DNA of 64,000 nt. It comes from an uncultured Acidobacteriota bacterium (lineage in GTDB: Bacteria; Acidobacteriota; Thermoanaerobaculia; Gp7-AA8). The position numbers and the translations under genes were made by a program. The notes beneath the pieces are model-generated. The model did no database searches. It saw only the letters and a list, made by a program, of their open reading frames with translations, and was not told the origin of the DNA. Where the stretch lies: contig CAVUKB010000005.1 in NCBI GenBank assembly GCA_963741955.1, positions 832,001-896,000 on the forward strand. The letters run 5' to 3'. Positions 8,479-17,593 of this stretch are shown one piece after another (the first letter of the stretch is position 1; each line of letters begins with the position of its first letter).

Positions 8479-9800
8479 CAGCTTGCGCTCTCCCGCTTCG
8501 CGACGATGTGGTATTCACCAAGGCCCGTCGGCGAGCCGTCCCTCTTGTCCAGGACCCAGCGGTGCCCTCGATCCCTAAGCTTGATACATTGCACGGCAGT
8601 GAAACCCATTTCGGACATGGCGGACGCTAGGAACTGCGGAGTGCTCACGTGAATGCCATAGAATGCAGCATCAGCGATCACGACGTGAGCGGTACCCCCA
8701 GATGTAAGACAACGCAGCGTCTCAAGCAGAACGTTCGTCATCTGTGCGAAGTAGGGATACACGAGCAGATCGTATTCCTTCTTGCCGGCACGAACGCGGC
8801 GCTCTTGTGCCAACGCCGACACGATACGGTCCAACTCCGGCAGCAGCGAGCCTGCGATCCGATCGCGGTACTGCGATTGAATGTCGCGGTGTCCCGTTAG
8901 TGCGGTAGTTGTGTTGACAACAAGCTTAGCCCGTACACCATCTGTGATCTCTCGCCAGGAGCCGCAGATGCCCCAGAAATACAGGTGCATTCGCGTCATT
9001 TCGGCAAAGTCGAAATTATTTAGATACGGCGGCGACGTGACTGCGACATCGACGCTCCCCGTCTCGATGAGGCTCATCTCCTCGGACGATCCTTGATGCA
9101 GAACAGCGGCCGGTGACGCTTCCATTTGTCTGGCCTCAGCAGCGTCACGCCGAACCTGTTCAACCACGGTACGGATCGCATCGACCGGCGAATCGGCTTT
9201 CTTCGCGGAAGTCGGTGCCTTGTAGATTCCGTCGGTTTGGGCTTTGGAACACATGTCGATTATACGAGAGAGCAAGAGGAACGCTAAATCGTCCTCGTCT
9301 AGGGCGACATCCTCGAGAGCCGTGCGTGCGCCTAGCAACTGACGAAGTGTGTGCTCTTCGAACAGCTTCACGAGAAAAGCCTCAGCAGGCCCCGTAAGGG
9401 CAGCAGCTCGCTCCGGCGCGTGAATTCCAGAGAGAAGCGCCGCCTCGATCGTCCGCAGCCGGGTCTCCGTGGGAGGCGCCTCAGTTTTTGCTCGTGCGAT
9501 TCGGACAAAAACCGGATGCGGCTCAAAGCCTACTGCCCGATGACCGAGACTCTGCGCTACTACTAGGGATGTTCCGCAACCAGCAAACGGGTCCAGGAGT
9601 ACCCCGCCAGTGGAGGTGGGGCACTGTTGCGCAACGAATTCTGGAGCGAACCCCGCGATGAAATTGAACCAACGGTGGACCGCATGGCGATTTGCGGTCG
9701 TGTTCGTCGGAAGCCGTTCGCGCGACACTTCGGCAAAGCGCGGTCGGTTGTCGAACCCGGGGAGGTTCATCTGTCCTGTCGCCGACACGGATGATTTCAT
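8478..9800 (-). CDS. Cassette: DNA amino-methyltransferase (likely N4-cytosine)
   Basis: Motif I LLDPFAGCGTS precedes motif IV VTSPPY; N-terminal 'HRWFNFIAGF'. Confidence 0.9.
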   Translation of the reverse strand: MKSSVSATGQMNLPGFDNRPRFAEVSRERLPTNTTANRHAVHRWFNFIAGFAPEFVAQQCPTSTGGVLLDPFAGCGTSLVVAQSLGHRAVGFEPHPVFVRIARAKTEAPPTETRLRTIEAALLSGIHAPERAAALTGPAEAFLVKLFEEHTLRQLLGARTALEDVALDEDDLAFLLLSRIIDMCSKAQTDGIYKAPTSAKKADSPVDAIRTVVEQVRRDAAEARQMEASPAAVLHQGSSEEMSLIETGSVDVAVTSPPYLNNFDFAEMTRMHLYFWGICGSWREITDGVRAKLVVNTTTALTGHRDIQSQYRDRIAGSLLPELDRIVSALAQERRVRAGKKEYDLLVYPYFAQMTNVLLETLRCLTSGGTAHVVIADAAFYGIHVSTPQFLASAMSEMGFTAVQCIKLRDRGHRWVLDKRDGSPTGLGEYHIVAKRESAS

Positions 9801-9844
9801 GCCCTATTTACTCCGTTCGAGCCGCACGGCCTAGCTTCCTGTCC

Positions 9845-9946
9845 GCCCAACGCTACGCATCAGCCGCACCGACGCGGCCACGCAGCCCGAACAGTTTACA
9901 ACACTTGGTGTGCCGCGTCGGTGTCGGCTGCATGCGCTAGTTAGGC
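9845..9946 (-). other. attC site
   Basis: gcccaac...gcatcagccgcaccgacgcggc...gccgcgtcggtgtcggctgcatgc...gttaggc. Confidence 0.9.
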
Positions 9947-9954
9947 GGTTCCTG

Positions 9955-10632
9955 TCACCAAAACTGCCACCATGGCTTTGCTTTCTTCGGTTTCTGAAGG
10001 CGCGGCAGCGTTTCCTCGCCGCCAGGTGCGATGGCCAGCATTCCCTCTGACACTTCAACCTCTCTCCCTTCCAGCTCGGTAGGATTGACGCTCCACTTGC
10101 CGGCCACGAGCATTACGCTTTCCTCTGTAGGGAACGAGAGATCCGTGCGGTTCCAGTAATCGTCTTCGGTCGCCTCGGACGACCGCTCGTCAAAGAAGCG
10201 GAATCCAAGCTCCTGCTCTTCGGCGGTTTGGGGGCCGATGTCCGTGGTCGTTTCGCCCCTCTCACCGATGTACTCGTAGGCGCGGATCAGCCCGTGCGGA
10301 GTCGCGCGAGCCCAAGCGTGGGCCTCGACAACCCGATGGGTCCCAAAGAACTGCACTTCCGTTCCCAGGGCGGCGGAAAGTTTGGTGGTCTGCTCTACGA
10401 ATCGCTCGGTATCCGTCAGGTCGAGGAGGCCGGTACCTACACAGATCGTCCAGCCATCGATAGGCGGCGTGAGAAAGACTTTCTGAGAGCCGAACTGGTA
10501 TGCCGCGTCGATGCCCGGGCCCCATTCGCAAGCCCCAGCCAACTCGAAGCCAAGCGCGCGAGCGATTGCCGCGGGGTCGCCGTCTCTCACGGCAAACCAC
10601 ATGTTCTTGTACCCGAATCCGTCCAGTCGCAT
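9955..10632 (-). CDS. Cassette: acidic hypothetical protein ending KPWWQFW
   Basis: 225-aa ORF filling the cassette. Confidence 0.8.
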   Translation of the reverse strand: MRLDGFGYKNMWFAVRDGDPAAIARALGFELAGACEWGPGIDAAYQFGSQKVFLTPPIDGWTICVGTGLLDLTDTERFVEQTTKLSAALGTEVQFFGTHRVVEAHAWARATPHGLIRAYEYIGERGETTTDIGPQTAEEQELGFRFFDERSSEATEDDYWNRTDLSFPTEESVMLVAGKWSVNPTELEGREVEVSEGMLAIAPGGEETLPRLQKPKKAKPWWQFW

Positions 10633-10639
10633 CAGAACC

Positions 10640-10744
10640 GCCTAACGGATAGCGCTAAGCCGCCTCAACGCGCCCGCGCTACCCCAGCAGGTTACCAAAA
10701 TTTTGAGCGGCGCGTTGAGGTCGGCTTGAGCGCGATAGTTAGGT
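10640..10744 (-). other. attC site
   Basis: gcctaac...gttaggt; related to 5728-5831. Confidence 0.9.
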
Positions 10745-11302
10745 GGCGCCGGGACGATACTCATAGATGAAATCGTAGTCATGTGAGGTTGCAAGCAAAG
10801 GGAATGAGAGCAAGCCCATCATCGGAGCACTGGCTTGGATGAGTTGCTGAAACCTCACCACCACCAGCAGCGACGCGTAGTCGGCTGCCTCTCGGTTCTT
10901 CTTGTCTTTGAAGGCGCGGGACGCGTAGACCTTTTGAAGTCGTTCCATTCCGGTGAGAGTGACATCTCGGAACGGAGGAGTGTCCCATTCGGCAATCCAG
11001 TCAAACTCGCCCACACCGCCATACTTGCGATATCCGAATAGCTCGAAGAACCACCTCTTTGGGTTGATATCAAATCCGTTGGTTTCCGTGTAAACCGCTG
11101 CCAAAGTCTGGTCACGCCGGATGAAGCGGTCAAAATGCTCCGCCACCTGCTCGGGTGCGTTCGTGAACCTCATATCCAGCGCGAGATGAAATGGGCCGCT
11201 CGGCTGGCTAGCGAGCGCCGCCGAAACGCGCTTGTCGCATTCGGCCAAATCGCCAGCACGAAGGGAAGGCTCCAGCTCATTCACTAGGTCAAACCATGAC
11301 AT
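10739..11302 (-). CDS. Cassette: hypothetical protein
   Basis: 187-aa ORF; stop inside the attC box. Confidence 0.8.
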   Translation of the reverse strand: MSWFDLVNELEPSLRAGDLAECDKRVSAALASQPSGPFHLALDMRFTNAPEQVAEHFDRFIRRDQTLAAVYTETNGFDINPKRWFFELFGYRKYGGVGEFDWIAEWDTPPFRDVTLTGMERLQKVYASRAFKDKKNREAADYASLLVVVRFQQLIQASAPMMGLLSFPLLATSHDYDFIYEYRPGAT

Positions 11303-11313
11303 GATGTTTAGCC

Positions 11314-11416
11314 ACCTAACGGACCGCGCTTCACCCGCCCGGGCCCGCAGGGAGACCTTACCACGTTGCGAGCGTGGAACGGCGGGCCCGGGTCGGGTGC
11401 AAGCGCATAGTTAGGG
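11314..11416 (-). other. attC site
   Basis: acctaac...gcgcttcacccgcccgggcccgc...gcgggcccgggtcgggtgcaagcgc...gttaggg. Confidence 0.9.
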
Positions 11417-11428
11417 CTCGCAGCACAG

Positions 11429-11908
11429 CTACTCCTTGGTTTCAGAGTATCGAACACCGAGTGCCGGACGGAGAAGTGCTGCTGCCTTCGCCGCCTCCTC
11501 TCGACTCGGAAGAACGAAACGGATTGGCTCACCACCGACTGGCAAGATGCGAAGGGAGTTGGCAAACCACAGCCCTTTGGTGTTCTCGAGCCTTCGGATG
11601 GAGTCAAAGAGGATCTCCCGGGAGGCGATGCTCGACGACTTGAATCCGAACGTCTTCTGGGCGTTGATCGCTGCGATAGCATTCTGCGTCTCTTCAAGGG
11701 TTGGCATGCCGGTTTTTGCATGGTCTTTCAGCCCGACGGCCTCGTGGCGACGACCACCGCTGAGAAAAACCGACGGGAGCTGATTGAGCGCGCTCCCTAC
11801 CTTGACGAGGGCGACGCGATCCGGAAATACGAAGAACTGGAAAACGGTGTTCGGGTCAGCGGAGAGAAGCTTGTAGTACTGGGCTCGAAAGACCCCGAGT
11901 GCTTGCAC
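11429..11908 (-). CDS. Cassette: hypothetical protein
   Basis: 159 aa; GTG start with AGGAGG RBS. Confidence 0.78.
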   Translation of the reverse strand: MQALGVFRAQYYKLLSADPNTVFQFFVFPDRVALVKVGSALNQLPSVFLSGGRRHEAVGLKDHAKTGMPTLEETQNAIAAINAQKTFGFKSSSIASREILFDSIRRLENTKGLWFANSLRILPVGGEPIRFVLPSREEAAKAAALLRPALGVRYSETKE

Positions 11909-11968
11909 GAACCAACCTCCTAGTCTCTGGCGGGGGGCCCTCTCGTTCTTTTCGATTGCTCCGGAGAG

Positions 11969-12098
11969 CCCTAACGACTCTTCACATCAGCCGCTCCGGG
12001 CCCAGCGAGCGCGTTGGCAGGAGCGAGAGAGGTGAAGGCTGAGAGATTGTAACCCATGGAACGGCGGGCCCGGAGTCGGCTGCATGTGACAGTTAGCC
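11969..12098 (-). other. attC site (long, 130 bp)
   Basis: ccctaac...cacatcagccgctccgggccc...gggcccggagtcggctgcatgtg...gttagcc. Confidence 0.9.
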
Positions 12099-13118
12099 GG
12101 CGCGTTTTCGGCGCTTCTGGGAGAACTTTGCGATTGCGCTCTTGGCAAGCTGAAACAAGGCGGGCCGCCACTGATGCGTCACGTCTTCCTCTTGCAGTAT
12201 CGACGGTGCATGGATCAACGTGCGGTGAATGTACTTGGCGTGGACGAATGAGTTTCGGAACTCATACATGGCTTCGCCCAGGGCCTTCCCTGTTGGTTTA
12301 GATATCAACCCCTTCGCCACGGCCCGAGCAAGGAGCCGTTTCCCAGCGAGACGTTCGACGAGCCGCACGATGGGTGTCTTTTCATCTCGATAGACGAGCG
12401 CTGCGACCTTGCTGAGAAACTCGCGGTCGGTCAATGAAGAGTCCGAGCGCAGGGCGGCAACACCCTTCTGGATTTCAAAGAAGGCGTAGAACTCCAAGAC
12501 TCGATAGAACTGGAGGCAAGCGGACTCATTGGTGTATTCGCGTCTTCCACGCCACAGGAACCGCATTGGCTCAAGGTCCAACGGAACGGCAGCAATGCTG
12601 TCAGGCGGAGCCGCGAGCTCTGGTGCCTCCCAAAACTCCACTGGACCGAAGGGTATCAGGCCGACGGCTTCTAAAGAATGGTCGTCGAGAATGTGGAGTG
12701 TCTTGAGAAGGTAGGCTTCGAGCTGATCTTCCGGGAGACCCTCGATTTGTATGGTGGTCTTGTAGTACTCCCACTCGTCGCCGTGAGCCTTCCGATGGTA
12801 GTCACCTTCGAAAAGCACCATGGCGAGGGGACTCGTGTCGCCAACCAGGACTGTTGCCCCGGGCATTTCAATCTCAGCGCCGTCATCGACCCCGTACACG
12901 AAGAACTCGTGAAAATCCCCGAGGGAGTAACCGTAGTAGCTGTGAAACGTTAGGTTTGGGTTGTGACGAAGCAGGTTCCCCCGTCTTGTTGGGTTGATCA
13001 CGGACGCACGGATCGATCGGCCGGATACATCCCATGTGATGGTGTGAAGGCGGCCGTGCTTCTCTAGGGATAAGCCGGACGGATCATAGGCAGCAAGTTC
13101 GTAGGTCTCCGATACCAT
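12093..13118 (-). CDS. Cassette: HEPN-domain protein (ApeA/MauJ-like)
   Basis: C-terminal 'LQFYRVLEF...YEFRNSFVHAK' carries an R-x4-H HEPN motif. Confidence 0.7.
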   Translation of the reverse strand: MVSETYELAAYDPSGLSLEKHGRLHTITWDVSGRSIRASVINPTRRGNLLRHNPNLTFHSYYGYSLGDFHEFFVYGVDDGAEIEMPGATVLVGDTSPLAMVLFEGDYHRKAHGDEWEYYKTTIQIEGLPEDQLEAYLLKTLHILDDHSLEAVGLIPFGPVEFWEAPELAAPPDSIAAVPLDLEPMRFLWRGRREYTNESACLQFYRVLEFYAFFEIQKGVAALRSDSSLTDREFLSKVAALVYRDEKTPIVRLVERLAGKRLLARAVAKGLISKPTGKALGEAMYEFRNSFVHAKYIHRTLIHAPSILQEEDVTHQWRPALFQLAKSAIAKFSQKRRKRAG

Positions 13119-13157
13119 CTCACGACCTCATCGACCCGTGACAATACCACTGGCGCC

Positions 13158-13262
13158 GGCTAACGTCCCGCGGTTCACGCGCGCGGGCCGCGACGGGAGG
13201 ATTATACAACCTGGAGATGCAGCATGCCGCGGCCCGCGTCGCGTGCAACCGCTAAGTTAGGC
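13158..13262 (-). other. attC site
   Basis: ggctaac...gttaggc. Confidence 0.9.
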
Positions 13263-13649
13263 CCGCCGGAGGGTCGCGAGCGCGCGTTCCGCCTGTGCAA
13301 ACGTGCGCAGTGTTGAAGCCGGATCGCCGTTGTAGGTTATGAACAGAAGAAGCGAATCGTTGGCGAGCCAATAGCGGCGCCACGCGACACCGAGGTCCTC
13401 GTATGAGGTGCCGAGCCCGTGAAACTCCCCGAAGGTCGCTTCAAAGGGGCGCCCGGTGAGCGCGGCCTGCCGAGTGGCAAGCTCCTCAAGCTCTCCGTTC
13501 GTGATCGGCCCGTTCTCTTTCGATGCGGAGCTGAATTGAAGTGAACCGTCGTTCGTCGCCGGCGTGAGCGTAAGGCACTCCACGTGCTCGGTCACCGTCC
13601 AACCGTCCGGCACGTCCATGAGCCAGTCACTTTCACCTGCGCTTGTCAT
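13257..13649 (-). CDS. Cassette: hypothetical protein (DUF3805/PsbP-like fold possible)
   Basis: 'WLMDVPDGW...GSLQFSS...LLFITY'; start placed downstream of the attC. Confidence 0.7.
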   Translation of the reverse strand: MTSAGESDWLMDVPDGWTVTEHVECLTLTPATNDGSLQFSSASKENGPITNGELEELATRQAALTGRPFEATFGEFHGLGTSYEDLGVAWRRYWLANDSLLLFITYNGDPASTLRTFAQAERALATLRRA

Positions 13650-13655
13650 CAGCGG

Positions 13656-13760
13656 GCCTAACGTGCCGTGGTTCACGCGCGCGAACCGCGACGCGAAGAA
13701 GTATAGCGCTCGCGAGGCAGCAGCGCGCGGTTCGCGTCGCGTGCAACCGCAAAGTTAGCC
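13656..13760 (-). other. attC site
   Basis: gcctaac...gttagcc. Confidence 0.9.
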
Positions 13761-13766
13761 GCGCGA

Positions 13767-14297
13767 CTATGGCTCACAACGGAGACCGCGGAGCGCAAGC
13801 GACTGGCATACACGCTGAACAACAGCGTCTGTGTCGTCCGCGGTGACGAAGTACGTCTCGCCCGCGCGGAGTCGTTCCATGGCCGAGGGGAATGCGAAGA
13901 CTTCAGCGTCGAAGTTGCGGATTGAGCCCTCCAAATAGTAGTCCCACGCCCCGTCGGGGTGCACGATTGTGAACTCGCCGAGCCATGTCCGCAGTTCGCG
14001 CGCTACGGCATGGAGCTTCGGAAATTGCTTCCGCAGAGGCGTAGCCAAGAAGTGAATCTCGCCCGCTGTCCAGAGGATGCCGCGCTTTCTCGCCGGTGCA
14101 AATACGTTCACGATGGGACAGCGCATGGCGTCGATCGCCCCGTCCGATCGGCGTTGTAATTCACCTATCGTGTTGAAGAGAGCGGAAAAGCCCTTGCTGG
14201 TCGGCGAGAGGAGTGGAGCCTCGCGGTGCGCAGTGAACCAGTCGGCGACGAGTTCCGCGTCGTCAGCCACGGCAAGGTAGCGGTAGGTTACTCCCAT
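13767..14297 (-). CDS. Cassette: hypothetical protein
   Basis: 176-aa ORF filling the cassette. Confidence 0.8.
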   Translation of the reverse strand: MGVTYRYLAVADDAELVADWFTAHREAPLLSPTSKGFSALFNTIGELQRRSDGAIDAMRCPIVNVFAPARKRGILWTAGEIHFLATPLRKQFPKLHAVARELRTWLGEFTIVHPDGAWDYYLEGSIRNFDAEVFAFPSAMERLRAGETYFVTADDTDAVVQRVCQSLALRGLRCEP

Positions 14298-14305
14298 ATT
14301 GAAGC

Positions 14306-14383
14306 GGCTAACGTTGCTGCTAACCGGCAGACCGCAGACGGCGAAGCCGGCTGTGGTCTGTCCGGTTGAGCAGCGGGTTAGCC
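14306..14383 (-). other. attC site (78 bp)
   Basis: ggctaac..gctgctaaccggcagaccgcag...ctgtggtctgtccggttgagcagc..gttagcc. Confidence 0.9.
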
Positions 14384-14390
14384 GTCAGTT

Positions 14391-15047
14391 TCACGGAACG
14401 ACGGGCGAGGTCTTCTGGCCGCGAGCAGGCCAGATGAAGAGCCCCACCGCTACTACACCGGCCACGAGCAGCCCGAGGTCGGGTTTGACATCCAGGAGAA
14501 AGGCGGCCTGACTACCCACCAAGGACCAAAGGATGGGCACAGTGAGGACTGCGCGCATCTTCGCTCCCGACGCGAGCGCGAGCAAACCGATGGTAAAGAT
14601 GGTGGTTGGACACGGCAGACCAAACGTCGGGAGTTCAGGATACGCGTGCCCAGCAAGCGTGGACCAAACGGGATACGCGACGAGTGCGAAGGCGAGTAGG
14701 AATATCCCGAGAACGGTACGAACGCTCCTGGCAAAGGCAAACTCGATTCGGCGGTGAATCACGCCGTGCCAAGCGAACAGAAGACCTCCGATGATTGACA
14801 GTGCGCCAAACCCGTAAGCCACAGGGTTGATGCGCGCGAAGAACGCCAGGTGGTAGGCTGCACCAAGCCAAACCCAGAGAAAGGTCAAAACGGCTGACAC
14901 TCCCACACTGGACCACGGACGCCGAAGCGCGATGAAGATCACGGCCAGCACTGCAAGCAGAATCAGGAAGACCTGCGCCGGCCAGACGGTGCTGTTGTAC
15001 AGCCTGAAGACGCCAAAGAACTGCTCAGTGGTGAAGGGTAGCTGCAT
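14391..15047 (-). CDS. Cassette: DUF6064-like membrane protein
   Basis: 'LPFTTEQFFGVFRLYN..VWPAQ' and 'FGLPCPTTIFT' recalled as DUF6064. Confidence 0.8.
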   Translation of the reverse strand: MQLPFTTEQFFGVFRLYNSTVWPAQVFLILLAVLAVIFIALRRPWSSVGVSAVLTFLWVWLGAAYHLAFFARINPVAYGFGALSIIGGLLFAWHGVIHRRIEFAFARSVRTVLGIFLLAFALVAYPVWSTLAGHAYPELPTFGLPCPTTIFTIGLLALASGAKMRAVLTVPILWSLVGSQAAFLLDVKPDLGLLVAGVVAVGLFIWPARGQKTSPVVP

Positions 15048-15060
15048 GATGGCTCTTGAC

Positions 15061-15164
15061 GGCTAACGTTGCGCGGTTCACCGGCGCGAACCGCGCGCCG
15101 AGACCGCGGCTCTTGCAGGACAGTAAAGCAGCGGTTCGCGTCCGGTGCAACCGTTTTGTTAGGC
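15061..15164 (-). other. attC site
   Basis: ggctaac...gttaggc. Confidence 0.9.
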
Positions 15165-15316
15165 GGCTGGGCCGAACACGCGGTTGATTTGGCGAGCAGC
15201 GTACATGCCGATAACCGTTCCAGCGAGACCAGCTGCCGAAGGAAGAATGGCCGGTGGCATCGCTGCGGCGAAACGACGCATCCGATCGAGTATCGACGAA
15301 TAACACCCGCTAGGCG

Positions 15317-15769
15317 TTATTTCTTCACTGAGGGTACCAACTCTGGGTTGTACTTCTTCCAAACTGCAACGAAGCGATCCGCCGCTCGGCTGCTTGGCCG
15401 CCGGCCGAATCGAAAGGTGTTTTCGTCTCCCCACTGCCAGAGAATTCGGAGCGTCTGTTGGTCCTGAACGACCTTCGCAGCCTTGAGTTCCGTGTACGGA
15501 TTCCCGCGGCTGGTTATTACGGAAGACACAACGATGATTAACTCGGCATCTTCGGGTGTGTCGACGATCGTGAGCGGTGAGGGCTCCGGGAGATCATCGA
15601 GCATCTCCTTCACGATGTTATTGTGAAGTTCCAAGTCGCCGTCAGTGTCGATGAAGATTTTCGTTACACCGTGAAGTTCTTCTTCCTTACCATATTGGAG
15701 AGTTCCGGCGGCTGCCTGAATTGCAAAGAGCAGAGCTACTACCGAAATCAGAGAAACGCGACGACTCAT
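15317..15769 (-). CDS. Cassette: secreted hypothetical protein
   Basis: ATG 15769 with GAGGAG RBS; signal peptide MSRRVSLISVVALLFAIQAAA. Confidence 0.78.
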   Translation of the reverse strand: MSRRVSLISVVALLFAIQAAAGTLQYGKEEELHGVTKIFIDTDGDLELHNNIVKEMLDDLPEPSPLTIVDTPEDAELIIVVSSVITSRGNPYTELKAAKVVQDQQTLRILWQWGDENTFRFGRRPSSRAADRFVAVWKKYNPELVPSVKK

Positions 15770-15797
15770 CTCCTCGCTCCTGCGCCGTTCAACTGGC

Positions 15798-15897
15798 GCC
15801 TTACACTTCTTGCTCAGCGGCTGCTGCCGAGCGCTGAACCAAACCATACCGCAAACGCACCGTGACCTCAGGCCGCTGGAGACAGCGGGTTATAGGC
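15798..15897 (-). other. Degenerate attC site
   Basis: gccttac (instead of gcctaac)...gttataggc (2-bp insertion); the body matches family 18058-18155. Confidence 0.7.
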
Positions 15898-15901
15898 GGC
15901 A

Positions 15902-16372
15902 TCACATCTTTTGAAGGGCGAGACGGCAGAGCCTCTCAACTTCTGCGGCATTTCTGTTTTCCCGGTGCCTACTGAAGGCTCCCTCAAGTTTTCGGAGACT
16001 GTCCGCGACATGAGCACTCCTGAGCGTCGTTTCGCTGCCAAGTAAGTCGCGGATGCACATCGGCGCCTCGTTTTCTCTGAGATACTCATCGTCGATTTCA
16101 GCCATGGCAGCCCACGTACAAAGAACGATGTCGCGCTTCCATGTAGTCTGCTCCTCGACTTTTCGCCAGAAGACATGATGCTTCTGAAGCGAACGTGACG
16201 GGCGATGCTTGGGACAATAAAGTTTGAGAGGCTCGGCTGTGAGGCAAAGCCAGCCCTCCTCGTGAGCTGCAGCAAGGGCCCTTAGAAGGGTGTCTCCAAT
16301 TCCTCCCGCAAAGTCGAGCGCGAGAGGACAACCTTCACTGGAGCATGTCATTCGAAAGCTGGCGATGGTCAC
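15902..16372 (-). CDS. Cassette: hypothetical protein with putative Zn ligands
   Basis: CxxxxC...CxxH; GTG start with GAGGAG RBS. Confidence 0.7.
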   Translation of the reverse strand: MTIASFRMTCSSEGCPLALDFAGGIGDTLLRALAAAHEEGWLCLTAEPLKLYCPKHRPSRSLQKHHVFWRKVEEQTTWKRDIVLCTWAAMAEIDDEYLRENEAPMCIRDLLGSETTLRSAHVADSLRKLEGAFSRHRENRNAAEVERLCRLALQKM

Positions 16373-16391
16373 TTGTGCGACTCCTCATGCC

Positions 16392-16493
16392 GCCTAACGG
16401 CTGTTGCTCAGCCGCCGGAACGCGCCACCAAGAACGAACGAGCTGCGACGACCGTGGGGCGCGTTCCGGTCGGCTGCAGCAACTTAGTTAGGT
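16392..16493 (-). other. attC site
   Basis: gcctaac...gttgctcagccgccggaacgcgcc...ggcgcgttccggtcggctgcagcaac...gttaggt. Confidence 0.9.
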
Positions 16494-17062
16494 GGCCCGG
16501 CGAGGAGCCGGTAGGAACTGCCCACCTTTTCCCGGCGGATTCGCCCAACCTTCTCAAGCCACGAGCAGAGGTTAGCGAACTCGCGGCCATCCGCGACCCC
16601 AAGCAACGACTTTGCGTCTTTCTGAGCGACCGATCGTTGCGCCTGTATCAGCGCCACAAGTCGGTCGCCCACCAACGCGAGTTCTGCGCGGGCCGAGACG
16701 TCGGCTGCCCAACCTTCCAGCTCTCGCACGGAGCTCAACGCTTGCTGCATCTCACGGAGGCCGGCATGGTCACCGAGTGCCATCAGGACAGGCGCGCCGT
16801 CTCGCACGGCGACGGACTGAGCGATGTCCCAGCTCCCGTACTTTCGTCGCTCGCTGGTTACCACCTGTGCGAAGAGCGGCGTGGTCGCCTTCGCGAGCGC
16901 GGCGACCCGAGCGTATTGCTTCGCCGACTTTGCCTGCAGAATCTGGTCATGGAGGGCGAAGTAGCGATCGACCGAGTTGGAGGGGAGAGGAGAATCTGCA
17001 ACCCGGTCCGGTTCTGCGGTCGCCGCGCTACCTTGAAAAAGCCGTTTGAAGAACGATGTCAT
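16484..17062 (-). CDS. Cassette: hypothetical protein (MTSFFKRLF..., possible C-terminal wHTH)
   Basis: 192 aa; the ORF runs into the attC. Confidence 0.78.
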   Translation of the reverse strand: MTSFFKRLFQGSAATAEPDRVADSPLPSNSVDRYFALHDQILQAKSAKQYARVAALAKATTPLFAQVVTSERRKYGSWDIAQSVAVRDGAPVLMALGDHAGLREMQQALSSVRELEGWAADVSARAELALVGDRLVALIQAQRSVAQKDAKSLLGVADGREFANLCSWLEKVGRIRREKVGSSYRLLAGPPN

Positions 17063-17069
17063 TCAGGGT

Positions 17070-17170
17070 ACCTAACGGCCGCGGTTCACCTGCACGGGCA
17101 CGCCCCGCGACCGCAGCTTCATCAGTAATGGTAGCGCGTGCCCGTGTCAGGTGGAACCGCTTTGTTAGGT
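17070..17170 (-). other. attC site
   Basis: acctaac...gttaggt; near-identical to 17488-17588. Confidence 0.92.
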
Positions 17171-17482
17171 GCGCGATGCGTCTGGCGATGAGAGTGATAC
17201 GGTGACTTCGTCCACCTCGGGGCGAGCGCGAAACCAGGCATCGATTTTTGAGCGTTCACGGTCACCGATGGTCCGAGGGTTAGACTTGAACGTGATCGTG
17301 CCTCTCCACTCGCCCTCGGTTCCTACGGCACTCATCTCCAGATCCGCAGGCCCGAGAACCTCGCAAAAAAACGCGCGCATGGCGAGGCGCTGCTGATCGT
17401 GCGAGTAGTTCGCTTGAGCGCGCCATTGGAAGGTCACGCGTTCAGCACGGCGTTTCAGTTTTTCTCTCACGCGGTTCCGCAC
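17165..17482 (-). CDS. Cassette: small hypothetical protein
   Basis: 105 aa filling the cassette; stop inside the attC box. Confidence 0.65.
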   Translation of the reverse strand: MRNRVREKLKRRAERVTFQWRAQANYSHDQQRLAMRAFFCEVLGPADLEMSAVGTEGEWRGTITFKSNPRTIGDRERSKIDAWFRARPEVDEVTVSLSSPDASRT

Positions 17483-17487
17483 GAAGC

Positions 17488-17588
17488 ACCTAACGGCCGC
17501 GGTTCACCTGCACGGGCACGCCCGCACACCGCAGCTTCATGGGTAATGGTAGCGCGTGCCCGTGGCAGGTGGAACCGCTTTGTTAGCT
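17488..17588 (-). other. attC site
   Basis: acctaac...gttagct. Confidence 0.92.
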
Positions 17589-17593
17589 GCCGT

